Shown here: piece by piece, positions 36,301-45,324 of the stretch
Layout of the letters: each line of letters begins with the position of its first letter
Numbering within the stretch: position 1 is the stretch's first letter
Source of the DNA: a virus
Lineage: Duplodnaviria > Caudoviricetes
Direction: 5' to 3' (one strand)
IMG/VR virus record: IMGVR_UViG_3300005534_000015
Location: 1-63,133 of that record
DNA: 63,133 nt
Translations under genes and position numbers: made by a program
Notes under the pieces: generated by a model
The model's input: the letters and a program-made list of their open reading frames with translations, nothing else
The model's database searches: none
What the model was told of the DNA's origin: nothing

Positions 36301-37039
36301 TCGTACAGCAGCGGAACAGTTGTTTAATAGAAGTAATATTGGTGCCGCGTTAGCCCAACGTTTTCAGGGCCAAGGACAAACACAAGAATTCGCCCAGGCC
36401 AACGCTGGTCAGCAACTCCGCGAGTTGATCAACCAGGCGCAGCAGCCGGGTGGAGCTGGCGACATTCTGTCAAAACTGCGTGACCTGGGACTGCCGGCGT
36501 CTCCGGAGTTCGCGGCCCAGATCCAGCATCTTGGAACGCGGGCACTGAATCTACAAGGGCGAGAGGAAGAGGCCCAGCACGCTGCCGAACAGGAGCAGAT
36601 TAAGCGAGAGAAGGAAGATGCGAATCGGCCGGTCGAGGATGCTCGGCGACGCATTGCCGATCTCGCCGACCAGGAAGCGCAGGCCCGCAAGGACTATCAG
36701 GAGGGGATCAAGCGGATCCAGGACGAGTATAAGCAGCAGGTCGTCGACATCACCGGCAAGTTTACGCAGTTGGGGGTGGAGACGGCGAAGCTGACCCGCG
36801 AGATGGCGGCGAGCAATCAGCGCATCCCGACGGACCTGCGGGGGCTGCTGGCCCCGTTCCAGCACATGATGCAGGGGCAGGCCCGCGGGCATGTGGCGTC
36901 GGCGCTGGCCCCTGTCTACCATATCACCTTCGGGCCGGGTTCGCTTTCCGTGAAGGGATTGACGCTGGCGGAAATCAAGACGGCTTTGCATGACCTTCTG
37001 GTGCGCGAAGGGCGGGCGGCTGCGCCGCCGCGGAGATAG
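33314..37039 (+). CDS. Tape measure protein
   Basis: 1241 aa, helical, Ala/Lys/Gln-rich with Gly/Ala hydrophobic segments; synteny. Confidence 0.85.
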   Translation: MAFGELITSVHADLAQLDKDLNTAREKLKKFYEDANRMGARLSAGGAGLSGAGGGGGRGGLDVAGVNAQGRPLYIPSRVEENDARRFLAVKKRAIDDNLKLEADARKRSDAENLRQYRSRIADEKTVANFKADADKQALGLAQAKSAKIQALTKEEMKLRQQADKARLDAEKEVSVLFAKQTSQNRQENIQKLRQYQKDQTVELQKSAQAAARLNQHFDKMKDSLGNIANQAKNVAGFLGLGAFAGIGAAVAEAFNYNRQLQLTKLSLATDLQLTTKIVDQHGKQVSRQKELNVNLAESQTILNQIRKEAESTTLTEKELQAVSRIGLAGGLRGGAAQNPAEAIHLVAQLGNLAKILQPNLGPEALVASVRSVTGASPAVRRTALGQVLDLDPKQLRAWKEQGTLVQHLLDILHRADNIVNQANASFEHLWSTLISKGQRFLQLSIDKVFEKITGRLLDLNKELTDEKIETWAKQFSEELVKAYDAIQNFGNSDGFKAVQTFFKFLVNHATEILNVFLAVKGVQALKTGQSILQDVATAAGGFAKRGAGGAVAGVEEAGAVGAGAVAGGLPAFMGAVGGLAGFLAAAVPVVIAGLVGYGIGNLLQATVGPLAEAVGHYFGGTGRGNASLNRSIAGGEGAVGRRTPLQRQLASLRGQELQDRQAFISAQTPDEVASTANILRGTRAKIARLEREGTETAHRELLHRVALEGAVEDEAAQKKRRKAQELEAWLHRLLAKGTEDEVEQLKLRYKADAESVYAKLGVTKRANQVVAQLHQQLLEKIRDYNEESANEERKRIADLRDDKLAKLEAEYHDNLKTIKDSDASEADQARDRLAAFAKFQRDKFDQQREWSDKARELAKQAVDDEIELQRTRQNLLKETAELQKKFAKQAKDLAREEEDAARDYSRAQKDRQMADARLFGTPSLSEPGRFIPNPTGNRGIPLGTLGPLQPTQLPGPAQFDPFANMEGTRLANGFLLPPRLLRAAQPAFVDEQESIRTAAEQLFNRSNIGAALAQRFQGQGQTQEFAQANAGQQLRELINQAQQPGGAGDILSKLRDLGLPASPEFAAQIQHLGTRALNLQGREEEAQHAAEQEQIKREKEDANRPVEDARRRIADLADQEAQARKDYQEGIKRIQDEYKQQVVDITGKFTQLGVETAKLTREMAASNQRIPTDLRGLLAPFQHMMQGQARGHVASALAPVYHITFGPGSLSVKGLTLAEIKTALHDLLVREGRAAAPPRR

Positions 37040-37042
37040 GCG

Positions 37043-37483
37043 ATGCCCCTCAATACCCCGCTAAATGCCAGCGCCGTAACCCTCGCGGATTATCCAACGG
37101 GCCTGAATCTGGTGCGCCTGGACATCGACCCGACCAGTTATGACCCGTTCGCGATCCCTATTCGCGGCTCCTCCGGGCAAGCCCTGGACGGCTCAGTGAT
37201 CCACCAGGTCTTTGGCCTGAACATCGAGGACTTCACAATCACCTTGCGGGGCCAGATTACCGCCATTCCCACCCTGCAGGCGCTGTGGACCAAATACAAA
37301 CAGGCTGGCGGTGGCCAGGAGTTCATTTTCAACGACTGGTACACCAACTCTTTTGTCGTAATCTTCACGCCGGGCATCGATGCGTTTCACCCCGAATACT
37401 TACTCGGGACCGCAGACAGCTTCAATTACGTGATGAGCCTGAGGATCATTTCCATCATCAGTTGGTTCGGTGGGAGTTACTGA
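37043..37483 (+). CDS. Probable distal tail protein
   Basis: 146 aa directly after the tape measure gene. Confidence 0.55.
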   Translation: MPLNTPLNASAVTLADYPTGLNLVRLDIDPTSYDPFAIPIRGSSGQALDGSVIHQVFGLNIEDFTITLRGQITAIPTLQALWTKYKQAGGGQEFIFNDWYTNSFVVIFTPGIDAFHPEYLLGTADSFNYVMSLRIISIISWFGGSY

Positions 37484-37514
37484 GAAGAAATACGCCCGGC
37501 CCTTTTCCCTCTTC

Positions 37515-37543
37515 CTGACAGGCGCTCGCAGGGTCGCTATACT
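37515..37543 (+). promoter_or_regulatory. Sigma70-type promoter for the glycosylation cassette
   Basis: CTGACA-17 nt-TATACT upstream of the GGAG RBS of 37563. Confidence 0.65.
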
Positions 37544-37562
37544 GTTCCTATGGAGATCGCGC

Positions 37563-38441
37563 ATGAGCTGTAGGAACTGGTACCTTTCGTACGGGGGAGG
37601 GTTAGGCGACGTCGTTTACGACTACCTGAAAGACCGTTCCGCCTGGCGCCTCGCCAGCCTTGTCAAAGACTACGGTGGGCGCGTTCGAGTCTACACCCTT
37701 TGCCATAACGACGGCGTGAATGACCTCTTTCGTCAGCACCCCTACATCGCGGAACATATCTCTGAACCCTGGCACCTCTCGGTCCCCGAAGACGCCGTTC
37801 GTTTCTCCAACCCTATCGACGGTTACCTGCCGCTCCAGCACGACCAGTACTTTCGGCGCGAGTTCGGCATGGATTTCCAACTGGAGCAGCCGGAAATCTA
37901 CCTCTCCCCGCAGGAGAAAGCGCAACTGGCGGCGCTGGGCGGTCAGCGACCCTTGATCGTGGCGCAGCCGTTCGCCGGTCTTTCAGATCGGGACGGATAT
38001 GATTCCGATAGCTTTGAAAAGCAGGTAGCGCAGATCGTTCGGTTGGACTCCCGAGCGCGCATTGTAGTGGTCGGAAAAAACCACGCCCGCACCCATAAGT
38101 ACGCCCCCGAGGTCCTGAACTTCAGTCATCCAAACGTGGTCAATCTGATCGACCGCGCCGGCATCAGATTTTGCTGGCATCTGGTATACCAGGCGGACGC
38201 GTTTTTGGGGTGCCACAGCAACCTGATACGGACGGCCTGGGATGCCCGCAAGCGAAACGCCTGTATCCTCCCATGGCCCCTGATGGAGCGGCACCTGTCA
38301 GAGATCGACGGCAAGTATACGTTTGGCTGGCGGTATTCGGAAAGCCGCCGTTTTACCTATCCGTTCGACGGGACGGGTCAACGGCAGTTCGATAAGCTGG
38401 ACACGGGCGGGATCGCCCGTTTCATTCTGGGGCGGGAATAG
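37563..38441 (+). CDS. GT-B glycosyltransferase, divergent GT9-like
   Basis: GGGLGD, PEIYLSPQEK, IVAQPFAG, VVNLID, ADAFLGCHSNLIRTAW (equivalent of the GT9 FIGNDSG..H.A block). Confidence 0.65.
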   Translation: MSCRNWYLSYGGGLGDVVYDYLKDRSAWRLASLVKDYGGRVRVYTLCHNDGVNDLFRQHPYIAEHISEPWHLSVPEDAVRFSNPIDGYLPLQHDQYFRREFGMDFQLEQPEIYLSPQEKAQLAALGGQRPLIVAQPFAGLSDRDGYDSDSFEKQVAQIVRLDSRARIVVVGKNHARTHKYAPEVLNFSHPNVVNLIDRAGIRFCWHLVYQADAFLGCHSNLIRTAWDARKRNACILPWPLMERHLSEIDGKYTFGWRYSESRRFTYPFDGTGQRQFDKLDTGGIARFILGRE

Positions 38442-38448
38442 AGAGACA

Positions 38449-38907
38449 ATGAAACCAATTTTTCGAATGGATGATCATCCTTTTGAAGTAGGCCAGATTT
38501 GGGCGATTCAGTTGTGGACTAAGAAGGAAGATCGTTTTGTGCCCGTCGATTTAACGCTTCGAATCCGCTCTTTGGATCGGGTGTGTCGCCGGGTGACGGC
38601 TTACTGCGACGAAGACCAGACGACGCGAGAGTATCTGTTTGATTATTTTCAGTCCTTCGGGAGACTAACCACTCGCCGTGACGTCTATTTGACCGACGAG
38701 GACATTCAGATTGAGAACGAGAAGGTTGGAAAAGAACTACGGCCGGGAATGATCGTGTGGCATATTCCGGAGGCGCCCACAGAGGCGGACGATCTTACCC
38801 TCGTTTGCATAACCGATATGGATCACCGCGACAGCAATAAAACATGGTGCGTGAAGGTCTCTGGAAACCCGGCGCAGATGTATTCGAAGCGGCGGTTGCG
38901 TCACTGA
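38449..38907 (+). CDS. Hypothetical protein with two SH3-like barrels
   Basis: FEVGQIW and LRPGMIVW openings; C-terminal half paralogous to the next gene. Confidence 0.55.
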   Translation: MKPIFRMDDHPFEVGQIWAIQLWTKKEDRFVPVDLTLRIRSLDRVCRRVTAYCDEDQTTREYLFDYFQSFGRLTTRRDVYLTDEDIQIENEKVGKELRPGMIVWHIPEAPTEADDLTLVCITDMDHRDSNKTWCVKVSGNPAQMYSKRRLRH

Positions 38908-38921
38908 AAGGATAATTCGAA

Positions 38922-39212
38922 GTGGACGAATTGATTTCCGTAACGGATGAAGAGATTGCCCAGCATAACGCGACGATGGAGGATGCCTTTAAGCCGGGAA
39001 CATTCGCCTGGTATATACCCGCTGGCGAAATTCGACGAAGCGACATTCAATTGGTTTGCGTCACGGCGCTCACTCCTGATGATGAGAATTTCGCGTACTG
39101 TGTCCTGGCAAGCGGGAGCACGAAAGGGGACTTGCCCTGGAAACGCCTGAAAGGAAACGTCATGCACCGGTCGCCAGGGCCGTGTTCCTTTAGCCTGCAG
39201 CGCGCCGTCTAG
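38922..39212 (+). CDS. Hypothetical protein, paralogue of the preceding gene's C-terminal half
   Basis: TDEEI..N...FKPGTFAWYIP...DIQLVCVT...CVLASG. Confidence 0.55.
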   Translation: MDELISVTDEEIAQHNATMEDAFKPGTFAWYIPAGEIRRSDIQLVCVTALTPDDENFAYCVLASGSTKGDLPWKRLKGNVMHRSPGPCSFSLQRAV

Positions 39213-39215
39213 CGT

Positions 39216-40097
39216 ATGGGGTCGACTGAGTATCCGCTCTTCGACTCAATGCTGCGCGGTATAGGCCGAGCCATGCGGGCTCCGTTACTCCGGAAAATCG
39301 ATTCCGATCTTCGCCTCGCAGCCGGATTACTTTCTGACGAAGGAATCAATCGCTTAATGCTCGTTCCTAATCGCTGTCCCGCCTGCCTGTCTCATTCGAC
39401 CTACACCCTCGCCGGCAACGAGTTCCAGACCTGTGACCGCTGCGGCACCATCGCCGCTCGCAACCGGCGGACGACGGCGACGTACGATGCGGTCTACGTG
39501 GCCTCCCGGTATGACCGCTACCGGACGACGCGCCAGATGAGCCACCTGCGCCTCGCGGTGCTGGAGGGCGTCCTCCACCTCTACGAAAGCCTCGCGGAGG
39601 GCTATGGGACGGTCAGGAAGGGCCGTCTGCTCGACGTGGGGTATGGGAATGGGGACTTCATCCGGACGGCCAACCAGAACGGCTGGGATGCGTGGGGGAA
39701 CGACGTCAACCCGACGGTGTATGAAGGGGTGCGGAAGGCCAACCTCCCGAACCTGCCCGACTGGCCCATTCGCTACCGGGTCATCACGTTCTTCGACGCC
39801 CTGGAGCATTTCGAAGACCTTAGTCATGCTCGCTGGGTATCGCACGCGGCTGATTGGCTGCTGCTCTCTTTCCCGGCGGTGCCGTCGACGTTTCCATTCG
39901 ATACGACTTGGAAGCATTACCGCCCCGGTGAGCATCATCTGCACTTCGACCCGAGCCGTCTCGCGAACATCTTCAGTCACAATGGTGTGACGGCCAAACT
40001 GGTTTATCAGGGTCATCCTGAGGATCAGATTCGAAAATCGACAGGAGACGGCCCAAATATCTGGACATGCGCATTGAGGTGTTATGGTAAACGCTAA
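39216..40097 (+). CDS. Class I SAM methyltransferase with N-terminal Zn ribbon
   Basis: CPAC..CDRC; LLDVGYGNGDF; VITFFDALEHF; HYRPGEHHLHF. Confidence 0.8.
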   Translation: MGSTEYPLFDSMLRGIGRAMRAPLLRKIDSDLRLAAGLLSDEGINRLMLVPNRCPACLSHSTYTLAGNEFQTCDRCGTIAARNRRTTATYDAVYVASRYDRYRTTRQMSHLRLAVLEGVLHLYESLAEGYGTVRKGRLLDVGYGNGDFIRTANQNGWDAWGNDVNPTVYEGVRKANLPNLPDWPIRYRVITFFDALEHFEDLSHARWVSHAADWLLLSFPAVPSTFPFDTTWKHYRPGEHHLHFDPSRLANIFSHNGVTAKLVYQGHPEDQIRKSTGDGPNIWTCALRCYGKR

Positions 40098-40554
40098 TTC
40101 TCCTACTGTTTCCAGATTCATGAAGTTTGTTCGTCGTTGCCCAAGTGGGTGTTGGTTGTGGAGTGGATGTATACTTAAAAACGGTTACGGACAATTCTGG
40201 TTGAACGATAAGAATTGGAAAGCACATCGAGTTTCCTACTTACTATTCAAAGGTCGACTAATAGAAGGGCTGGTAATCGATCATCTCTGTCGCAATCGAG
40301 CCTGTGTGAATCCCGATCATCTGGAATTAGTTACGCACAGAACGAACCTACTCCGAGGCGAAACTCTTAATGCAAAAGAGCTGAATCAAACGCATTGCAA
40401 AAGAGGTCATCCTTTTGATGACGGAAACACCTATGTAGATCCTTCGGGAAGTAGATCGTGTCGAACATGTTTAAGAGCAAAATACAAAGCATATCGCCAG
40501 CGTAAGAAGGTGAATGCTGCGTCCCTTCGCTGCACAAAGGAGAACTCAAAGTGA
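40084..40554 (+). mobile_element. HNH homing endonuclease (HNH_3 type)
   Basis: GCWLWSG...GYGQF...AHRVSY...IDHLCRNRACVNPDHLELVT..N; THCKRGH. Confidence 0.9.
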
Positions 40555-40757
40555 ACATCTTCGCCCTACTTCGCATCTTCGGTAAGGATTTCGTTTCCAA
40601 AGAGATCAAGTCGACACTCGATCATCACCTGTCTGCAGCCGGGGCCACGCAGTTGGCCGCGAGCCTGCAGGCGGCGGGAACGGCGCTCTCGGCCACGCCA
40701 CCGAACAATCAGGCGGCAGCCGATGCCCTGGCCGATGTCGTTCTGAGTATCCACTAA
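40551..40757 (+). CDS. Hypothetical protein
   Basis: AAGGAG RBS; GTG start. Confidence 0.55.
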   Translation: MNIFALLRIFGKDFVSKEIKSTLDHHLSAAGATQLAASLQAAGTALSATPPNNQAAADALADVVLSIH

Positions 40758-40770
40758 GGAGGTGGAAGGG

Positions 40771-41004
40771 ATGAACCGTTCTGATTATTGGCTTGTTTTT
40801 CGAACCGAAAAGACTAACTGGAGGGTGTATTCCGATATCGGTGGAATCCTCATTCACTTCACCAGCAAAGAGGCAGCAGAGGAAGCAGGAAAACGGCTTC
40901 TGGAGAACGGTGTTGCAGAAGGTATCTGGATTCTCCATGCTCCTATGGCGTGGTACTGGAATAAGCCGCCAATGGAGGGTAATATCGTGTGCTCGAATGA
41001 TTAA
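40771..41004 (+). CDS. Hypothetical protein
   Basis: AAGGAGGT RBS upstream; start 40762 or 40771. Confidence 0.55.
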   Translation: MNRSDYWLVFRTEKTNWRVYSDIGGILIHFTSKEAAEEAGKRLLENGVAEGIWILHAPMAWYWNKPPMEGNIVCSND

Positions 41005-41025
41005 TTCAGTACCGAGGAGTTATCA

Positions 41026-41223
41026 ATGGCGATTCCGCTGACCTTTACGAACGGCGACGTCACGGTAGAGTTCTGGGCGACGTGGAGTTACAATCCCGTT
41101 CTGCGAAAGACGGAGATCAACCTGGTCGGCTATGCAAATCAGAGTGGAGAAGTGATTCTCCACTCTGAAGACGTGTCTGAGGTGGTGGAGCAGTTCAAGG
41201 AAGAGCAGTATCGGCCCGTTTAG
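41026..41223 (+). CDS. Hypothetical protein
   Basis: GAGGAG RBS. Confidence 0.55.
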   Translation: MAIPLTFTNGDVTVEFWATWSYNPVLRKTEINLVGYANQSGEVILHSEDVSEVVEQFKEEQYRPV

Positions 41224-41231
41224 GAGAAGCA

Positions 41232-41885
41232 ATGCTGACCGAAGCGAAACTGTTTGACGCCGAGACCGAGCGGTATGTGATTAACCGGTCCATCATCGAT
41301 AAAGTGGCCCTACCGGTGGGGGACCGGTACGATGACGAGCTGTTTCAGCAGTATTTTGCCGACTACTGTGGAGTAGCTAGACGCTATCAACCGAAGCGCA
41401 TCTTTGAAATTGGCGTCCGTTTCGGATATACGGCCATCGCATTCATGCTGGCCCTACAGTCGCTGCCCGATGCGCCAGAAGCCGAATACATGGGAATCGA
41501 TGATGAGAGTTACCATTTTGCTAGTTGTGCGCGCGCAAATCTGAACTTCGCGACGGCGCTGCCGAATCATTTCATGTCCGCAATCAAGCACAATTCCTTC
41601 AATGGATTGCCGGAGGGTATCGGAACGTTTGATCTCATCCACGTAGATGGCAATCATACGGCCGTAGGGGTGATGAACGACCTTAATCTCGTCTGGAGGA
41701 TTCTGAATCCCAGCGGAGTCATTATCATCGATGACGCCGCGCCGTTCGATGATCGGGGGCAACCCGGCGAAATCTACACGGCGGCGATGGAGTTTCTGTC
41801 GCGGTTCGAGAACTCGCCGGAACAGGTTGAGTGGCAGTATCAGCCGAACCAGAGGGGGCATCTCATCGTCAAACGGTGCGCGTGA
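41232..41885 (+). CDS. Class I SAM methyltransferase (Methyltransf_24-like)
   Basis: IFEIGVRFGYT, FDLIHVDGNH, LNPSGVIIIDD. Confidence 0.8.
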   Translation: MLTEAKLFDAETERYVINRSIIDKVALPVGDRYDDELFQQYFADYCGVARRYQPKRIFEIGVRFGYTAIAFMLALQSLPDAPEAEYMGIDDESYHFASCARANLNFATALPNHFMSAIKHNSFNGLPEGIGTFDLIHVDGNHTAVGVMNDLNLVWRILNPSGVIIIDDAAPFDDRGQPGEIYTAAMEFLSRFENSPEQVEWQYQPNQRGHLIVKRCA

Positions 41886-41887
41886 GA

Positions 41888-42910
41888 ATGCCATTTAGTC
41901 GGCCTTACCGAGTAAGCGTTTTGCGGCAGTTAGGCGGGGTGGGTGACCTCTTAATGCTTACACCCGTATTCCTTGGGCTCAAGGAGAAGTATCCGGGCTG
42001 CAAGGTTACTGTCGCGACGACCTGGGAGTATCAATCGGGCGCGCTGCCGCAACTCCTCCGCAACAACCCTTACGTCGACCATATCGTTCGCGTCGAGCCG
42101 ATGGAGTTTGCGACCGGGATGATGAAGCATGCCCGCTGGGAGTTCCGCGGCGTGCCGAACGAGCACATCCCCGACTGCGTGCAGAGCGCCGACCTGGTGA
42201 TCGAGCTGTCCGTCATCTGCGCCATGACCGAATCGAGAGAGATGGCTTCTCCGGAAGGGGTGCGCTCCCACCGAACAGACATCTGGTGCAAGGCGGCGCA
42301 CGTCAACCCCAGCAGCCATCGTCCCATCCTCTGCCTGACGAAGGACGAGATGGCCTGGGGCCGGCAGTGGTGCGATGAGAACCTGGGGGAAGGGATACGG
42401 GTCGGACTGCCGCTGAAGACGATGAGCGGAACGGTGATCGGCAAGGATGTCAGGGGCTGGCCCCACACGGAGGCGTTCGCTTACGATCTGCAGCGGGCCG
42501 GTTACCAGGTGGTCACGCTGGACGCCACGCGCCGCATTCACGATTCCATCCCGGCCTTGCTCGGCAAGCCCATCCGCCAGGTCGCGGCCGTCATCGCCCA
42601 CCTGGACGCTCTCGTGACGCCCGACACGGGTCTGCTGCACGTCGCGGGCGCAGTCGGGACGCCGATCCTGGGCCTCTTCGGTTCAACTGATGGCGACCTG
42701 CGGATGAGAGAGTACTGCGGTTCGTATACGATTTCCAAGCGCATCATCCCGTGCGGCAACTGCTTCTATGCTTATCCGTGTCTAAAGAGCCCGAAGCAGG
42801 CGGAACACGTCGCCTGTATGAAGCGGATTACGCGGGAGTTAGTGATGCACGAATTGGAGGTCCTACTGGAACGGTTTGGCCACGCCCTCCCTCGCGCCGT
42901 CACGGCCTGA
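41888..42910 (+). CDS. GT9-family (ADP-heptose transferase-like) glycosyltransferase
   Basis: GGVGDLLMLTPVFLGLKEKYPG, LLRNNPYVD, AAVIAHLDALVTPDTGLLHVAGAVGTPILGLFGST, C-terminal CGNC..C..CMKRIT. Confidence 0.88.
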   Translation: MPFSRPYRVSVLRQLGGVGDLLMLTPVFLGLKEKYPGCKVTVATTWEYQSGALPQLLRNNPYVDHIVRVEPMEFATGMMKHARWEFRGVPNEHIPDCVQSADLVIELSVICAMTESREMASPEGVRSHRTDIWCKAAHVNPSSHRPILCLTKDEMAWGRQWCDENLGEGIRVGLPLKTMSGTVIGKDVRGWPHTEAFAYDLQRAGYQVVTLDATRRIHDSIPALLGKPIRQVAAVIAHLDALVTPDTGLLHVAGAVGTPILGLFGSTDGDLRMREYCGSYTISKRIIPCGNCFYAYPCLKSPKQAEHVACMKRITRELVMHELEVLLERFGHALPRAVTA

Positions 42911-42913
42911 TGC

Positions 42914-42924
42914 CGGTACAATAA
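42914..42924 (+). promoter_or_regulatory. Phage promoter motif CGGTACAATAA, probably driving a leaderless transcript
   Basis: TACAAT lies 6 nt before the ATG at 42929. Confidence 0.6.
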
Positions 42925-42928
42925 AGGT

Positions 42929-43300
42929 ATGAGCGCGAGCCTCCAGTTCTTCGATTCGGACGGGGTAACGGTCGTAACGACTGTCAGCCTCGGCAATATC
43001 CCGACGCCAGGAACTTCGGCGCCGCGGAAACTGTTTCTCAATAACGCGGGGAACCAGACGGCGCAGAATGCGACGGTGGCCATTGAAGCCATCGGTACCA
43101 ACGATGGTTCAACGTACGCGCAAACAGCGCCGGACGTCAGCGGGTCGCCGGGCACGTTTGGAACGTCGACTTTGAATCTGGGGAACATCGCGGTGAGCGC
43201 CTCCGTCCCTTTTTGGGTTCAATCTGTTTTGATTAGCGGATTGACTGCAGATGGTAACCCTAGAAGGTACACGCTTCTAGGGAGTGCCCAGACCCTTTAA
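42929..43300 (+). CDS. Minor tail protein (Ig-like)
   Basis: Ser/Thr/Gly-rich beta composition; resumes the tail module. Confidence 0.55.
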   Translation: MSASLQFFDSDGVTVVTTVSLGNIPTPGTSAPRKLFLNNAGNQTAQNATVAIEAIGTNDGSTYAQTAPDVSGSPGTFGTSTLNLGNIAVSASVPFWVQSVLISGLTADGNPRRYTLLGSAQTL

Positions 43301-44421
43301 CCGAAACGCAGTTGGTCGCGGTACTTTGGAAAGTTCTGGTAGTGATTGAGAACGATGTCGCGCTTACGAGGCAAGAAGGTCGCGGCGTCTTCATAGAGAT
43401 AGTTGGCGATGCGAAGACCTTGTGTGTTACCTGCGTAGCGGAAAGTAAACGCTTTGTCAGACCGGGGATGTGGCGTCAACTTGAGAGGATAGAGTTGACA
43501 TATGGTAGCCAGATGGTTTCTCGCGGACTCAAGGAACCATAGATTCCCAATTAGCGTGTAGGCCATCGAGCGAGTTTTGGTGCAGAAACACCCATCGCCG
43601 TCACTATAGCCGCGAAGATAGTGGCGAAAGGCCCACATCGGTAAATGCGGCCATCGAACAGAATTAGTTTTTCTTGGTCCAAGCCCTAGTTGTTTGAGGT
43701 CTGCCACCATTTGCGGGGAACGAATTTGTACGTTGCAAAAACTTCGATCTTCGTAGATATACTGATGTACGGGAAAGGTCGATTTCATGTCGACGCTCAT
43801 TCTTTCGAGATGATCGGTGTCATTTAACTTGAGGGAAATGGAAATAACATCATCGTCGAGAATGCATCCGTCTGCCGCTATAAATCCGAACCAGTAAAGT
43901 GAAATCGGATTCATTACATCGGAAAAGAAACTGTCATTGCATGTCCTAATACTGGCATAATATGCTTTTAAGCCATCTGGATCGTAAACATTCGGTAGCT
44001 TTAAGATGGTTGCTTTTGAGACGCCATATTCCTTTGCTAAGGTTCGACTAGAAATCCCTTGTTCGCGCTTCATTATGATATCTCGGGCTTGTTCAAAAGA
44101 TAATTTACCTACCATCGGTTTGTCCATCACTACGTTGTGGCGGCGTAAGGCTTTGTAGACCTGACTTCGATTGACACCTAACGATGCAGCGATTGTTATG
44201 GTGGAGTTGCCCGAACGATATAACGCGACAATACTTTCCATGCAGTCCTTTGTCAACGAACCTTCGTTGGATGGCCGGATTGGAATCTCCATCCGTCGCA
44301 GCCAGTCGCACACGGTTGTTGCCCAGATGTTGAAATCCTTGGCGATGGAGTGGGCGGACTCGCCAGCAAGGTACCGCTGGCAGACTTCTTTGATCTGTTC
44401 TTCCGTCAATGCTCTTTTCAT
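43297..44421 (-). mobile_element. Free-standing LAGLIDADG homing endonuclease with three N-terminal HTH repeats
   Basis: LYWFGFIAADGCI and RHYLRGYSDGDGCF; AT-rich; antisense. Confidence 0.88.
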
Positions 44422-44463
44422 ACTTTAGTCTCATGCAAGAAGCATTCCATTCAGGAGATCGAT

Positions 44464-44964
44464 ATGGCCGCAGGGTTTTCATGGAGCCAGCGTAACGGAG
44501 CGTCTGGGATTGTTACCGATCTTGGTAGCAGTGGCAATTTGTTTAACTTCAAGTCGAGCGACGACGCCACTGTCTCCGACTATGCTACATTCCCTATAAC
44601 TGCGGGCAATTCCTCGATGGAATGTTGGTTGCGAGCGCATATGACCGCAACTTTTAACCGTGTAGATGGATTTCGCGTATGGCAATCGGTCGATTTCTCC
44701 CCCAACACCGGCCTTGCTATCTTTTACAATGGCCAGCAGGTCACCTATCTGCAGCCCGCCGCAGGAACCTCCTCCATCGCCACCTCTTCGCTCCCGAAAG
44801 CCGACCCCGGCTCGACGAACGTGAGCATTGGTGGAAACCTGTCGGGATCGCTGGTGGCGCCGGGTTACTCGGATCACATCGTTTTGCAGTTGCGCACCGG
44901 GGCCAATGCGGCACCGGGTGACACGAGTTTGACGACGGTCTCATTATCATATAATGAGAACTAG
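44464..44964 (+). CDS. Minor tail/virion protein
   Basis: AGGAG RBS; PITAGNSSME.W.R and SDHIVLQL motifs. Confidence 0.55.
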   Translation: MAAGFSWSQRNGASGIVTDLGSSGNLFNFKSSDDATVSDYATFPITAGNSSMECWLRAHMTATFNRVDGFRVWQSVDFSPNTGLAIFYNGQQVTYLQPAAGTSSIATSSLPKADPGSTNVSIGGNLSGSLVAPGYSDHIVLQLRTGANAAPGDTSLTTVSLSYNEN

Positions 44965-44989
44965 ACATCTGTAATACACAGGAGAATCC

Positions 44990-45316
44990 ATGTCTGGTTG
45001 GTACGGAGTGGACCTGGATGGCACGCTCGCTTACTACAAACCGGGAATGGCCAGCGCCCTCCTCATCGGTGACCCGATTCCGCCCATGCTGGCGCGGGTC
45101 AAGCAGTGGTTATCCGAAGGGAAGACTGTCAAATTGTTCACCGCTCGCGCCTGCGATCCTGATCAGATCAGACCTATTCGCGAGTGGTTAAAAAAGCATG
45201 GTCTTGAGCAGATGGAGATTACGAACATCAAGGATTACAGTTGCATCGAAATCTGGGATGATCGGGCGGTGCAGGTCGTGATGAACACCGGTCTTCGTGC
45301 CGACGGCCTTCTTTAA
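44990..45316 (+). CDS. HAD-superfamily phosphatase-like protein
   Basis: VDLDGTL, LFTAR, K, WDDRA = HAD motifs I-IV. Confidence 0.75.
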   Translation: MSGWYGVDLDGTLAYYKPGMASALLIGDPIPPMLARVKQWLSEGKTVKLFTARACDPDQIRPIREWLKKHGLEQMEITNIKDYSCIEIWDDRAVQVVMNTGLRADGLL

Positions 45317-45324
45317 GGAACCCT

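Noticed and set aside
4713-44421. Homing endonucleases as intron- or intein-encoded
   Set aside because: Each lies between complete genes, mostly antisense, with no splice-junction or intein motifs
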